Of a stretch of DNA of 16,856 nt, positions 15,047 through 16,856 are shown in pieces. The first letter of the stretch is position 1, and each line of letters begins with the position of its first letter. This DNA is from Deinococcaceae bacterium (lineage in GTDB: Bacteria; Deinococcota; Deinococci; Deinococcales; Trueperaceae). Below the pieces are notes generated by a model, which was not told where the DNA came from, ran no database searches, and was given only the letters and a program-made list of their open reading frames with translations. The stretch spans positions 1 through 16,856 of the forward strand of contig JBDZWC010000065.1 of the NCBI GenBank assembly GCA_040256005.1, given 5' to 3'. Made by a program: the position numbers and the translations under genes.

Positions 15047-16856
15047 CGCAGACGTAGACGACCGTGAGTGGGCCTACTGGGCGCATGCGCCCGGCGACGT
15101 GGCCGAGGCGTTGCGTGTCAGCCCGGCCGCCGGCCTGAGCTCGGAAGAGGTCGCCGAGCGACTCGCCAGGCATGGCTTCAACGAGGTGGTAACGGGCGCG
15201 GTGCGCACCGCTTGGCAGGTGCTCGCCGGCCAGTTCCGGGGCGTGCTCACCTGGATGTTGGTGGCTGCCGCCGTGTTGTCGGCGGCGTTCGGCCAGTGGT
15301 CGGAGGCCGTCGCCGTCCTCGTCGTCCTGGTCATCAACGGGGCCGCCGGTTTCCTGACGGAGCTGCGCGCCGTCAGGTCGGTCGAGGCCCTGAGGCGCCT
15401 CGGGACGTCGCGGGCGTCGGTCCGCCGCGACGGCGTCACGTCGAGCGTCGAAGCCAGGCTGCTCGTGCCCGGCGACGTTCTGCTCATCGAGGCGGGGGAC
15501 GTGGTACCGGCCGACGCGAGGCTCCTGTCCGGCTGGCGGCTGTCCGTCGATGAGTCCGCCCTGACGGGCGAGTCGCTGCCGGTGGAGAAGGCGCCGCAGC
15601 CGGTGCCGACCGACACCGTGCTGGCCGAGCGCAGCAGCGCCCTCTTCAAAGGCACGGCAGTGCTGCGCGGCAACGCCGAGGCGATCGTCGTCGCCACGGG
15701 CATGCTCACCGAGTTGGGCAGGGTAGCGAGCCTGGTAGCGTCCGCCGCTCCGGAGCGGACACCGCTCGAGCGGCGGCTGGACGCCCTCGGTGGTCGGCTG
15801 CTGTGGGTGGCGCTGGTCGCCGCCGTCGCGGTGGCCGGCTACGGACTGGCCCGCGGTGGCGAGCCGTTCGCGATGGTGCAGACGGCGATCGCGCTGGCCG
15901 TCGCGACGGTCCCCGAGGGCCTGCCGGTGATCGCGACGCTCACGTTGGCCCGCGGGGCCAAGCGCATGGCCGACCGCAACGCCCTGGTGAACCGTCTCTC
16001 GGCGGTGGAGACGCTCGGCGCCACCAACGTGATCCTCACCGACAAGACCGGCACGCTGACGCAGAACCGCATGACCGTCACCGCCTGGCGACTGCCGGGC
16101 GCCGCGCACGACGACGAGGAACGTCCGCGGTCCGCCGGGAAGGTCGCGGTCGGCACTGACCCGTTGGACCGGGCCCTGTGCGTGGCGGTCCTGTGCGGTA
16201 CGGCATCGCTGGCCCCCCGGGGCGACGGGGTCGACGTCGGCGACCCCATGGAGGTGGCGCTGCTCAGGTGGGCCCGCGACCTCGGGGTGGAAGGCGAGCA
16301 GGTGCGCGCCCTGCTGCCGGAGGCCGCGCGGCTGCCGTTCGACGCCGACTCGCGCGTCATGGCCACGTTCCACCGGACGCCTGAGGGCGGGCTGCTGTTG
16401 GTGAAGGGGGCGCCGGGGGTCGTGCTCCCCGCCTGCTCGGCCGTGGCCGGAACCGCCGGAGGCAGCTCCCGGTTGGACGCCGAGGGCCGGCGAAGCTGGC
16501 TCGAACGCAACCGGGCGATGGCGGCGGAGGGCCTGCGCGTGCTGGCGTTGGCCGACAGAGCCGGACCGTGGTCCCCGGACGAGCCGTTGGCGGGTCTCAC
16601 GTTGGTGGGCCTGATCGGCCTGGCCGACCCGCCCAGGGAGGCGGCCATCGGCGCGGTCAAGGACAGCCTCCGGGCCGGGATACGCGTCGTCATGGTGACG
16701 GGGGATCAGCCCATCACGGCTCTGTCGATCGCCAAGGCCGTGGGCCTGGCCCGGACCGACGACGTCGTGACCGGCGCTGACCTCGCCGCGGCCGCCGAGG
16801 CCGGGGAGGGGCCGGACCGGGTCGTGGCGACCGACGTGCTCGCCAGGGTCAGCCCC
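15009..16856 (+). CDS. Cation-transporting P-type ATPase, type II (Ca2+-ATPase-like); runs off the right edge
   Basis: Not in the ORF track; key motifs share one frame from ATG 15009/15012: GLSSEEVAERLARHGFNE, LVPGDV, VPADARL, DESALTGES, VPEGLP, DKTGTLTQN (16041), GDPME, VKGAP, DPPR and MVTGD (16692). Confidence 0.93.
   Translation, partial: MMPGRDGRRGIIRADVDDREWAYWAHAPGDVAEALRVSPAAGLSSEEVAERLARHGFNEVVTGAVRTAWQVLAGQFRGVLTWMLVAAAVLSAAFGQWSEAVAVLVVLVINGAAGFLTELRAVRSVEALRRLGTSRASVRRDGVTSSVEARLLVPGDVLLIEAGDVVPADARLLSGWRLSVDESALTGESLPVEKAPQPVPTDTVLAERSSALFKGTAVLRGNAEAIVVATGMLTELGRVASLVASAAPERTPLERRLDALGGRLLWVALVAAVAVAGYGLARGGEPFAMVQTAIALAVATVPEGLPVIATLTLARGAKRMADRNALVNRLSAVETLGATNVILTDKTGTLTQNRMTVTAWRLPGAAHDDEERPRSAGKVAVGTDPLDRALCVAVLCGTASLAPRGDGVDVGDPMEVALLRWARDLGVEGEQVRALLPEAARLPFDADSRVMATFHRTPEGGLLLVKGAPGVVLPACSAVAGTAGGSSRLDAEGRRSWLERNRAMAAEGLRVLALADRAGPWSPDEPLAGLTLVGLIGLADPPREAAIGAVKDSLRAGIRVVMVTGDQPITALSIAKAVGLARTDDVVTGADLAAAAEAGEGPDRVVATDVLARVSP

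Noticed and set aside
14568..16693. Long minus-strand ORFs (601, 211 and 284 aa)
   Set aside because: Antisense shadows of the lyase and P-type ATPase genes, with no recognisable motifs.

Overview
High-GC chromosomal window of mostly housekeeping genes, probably from a Deinococcota genome (inferred from the Thermus-like family-4 UDG and several TANNNT-N6-start leaderless promoters). Left to right: trpB (partial), gluQ, sucD and sucC on the minus strand (probable sucC-sucD-gluQ-trpB operon); mog, DUF456, lgt and an N-terminal-domain-only glmU on the plus strand; a convergent minus-strand pair encoding a sucrose-phosphate synthase-like GT4 and a sucrose-phosphatase-like HAD, with a LacI-type palindrome upstream; carA (+); dtd, udg, two small hypotheticals and recN (-); an HMG-CoA lyase-like gene and a partial type II P-type ATPase (+). 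No RNA genes, mobile elements or CRISPR arrays were seen. Most notable: (1) a split SPS/SPP-like sucrose (or related disaccharide) synthesis cassette that meets the truncated glmU at a shared CTAG; (2) a family-4 uracil-DNA glycosylase with no cysteines, so it lacks the canonical [4Fe-4S] ligands; (3) an 11-bp hairpin burying the stop/start junction of the P-type ATPase; (4) a SucCD that looks foreign to the lineage. Family assignments come from motif recognition and remembered reference sequences, not from database searches.
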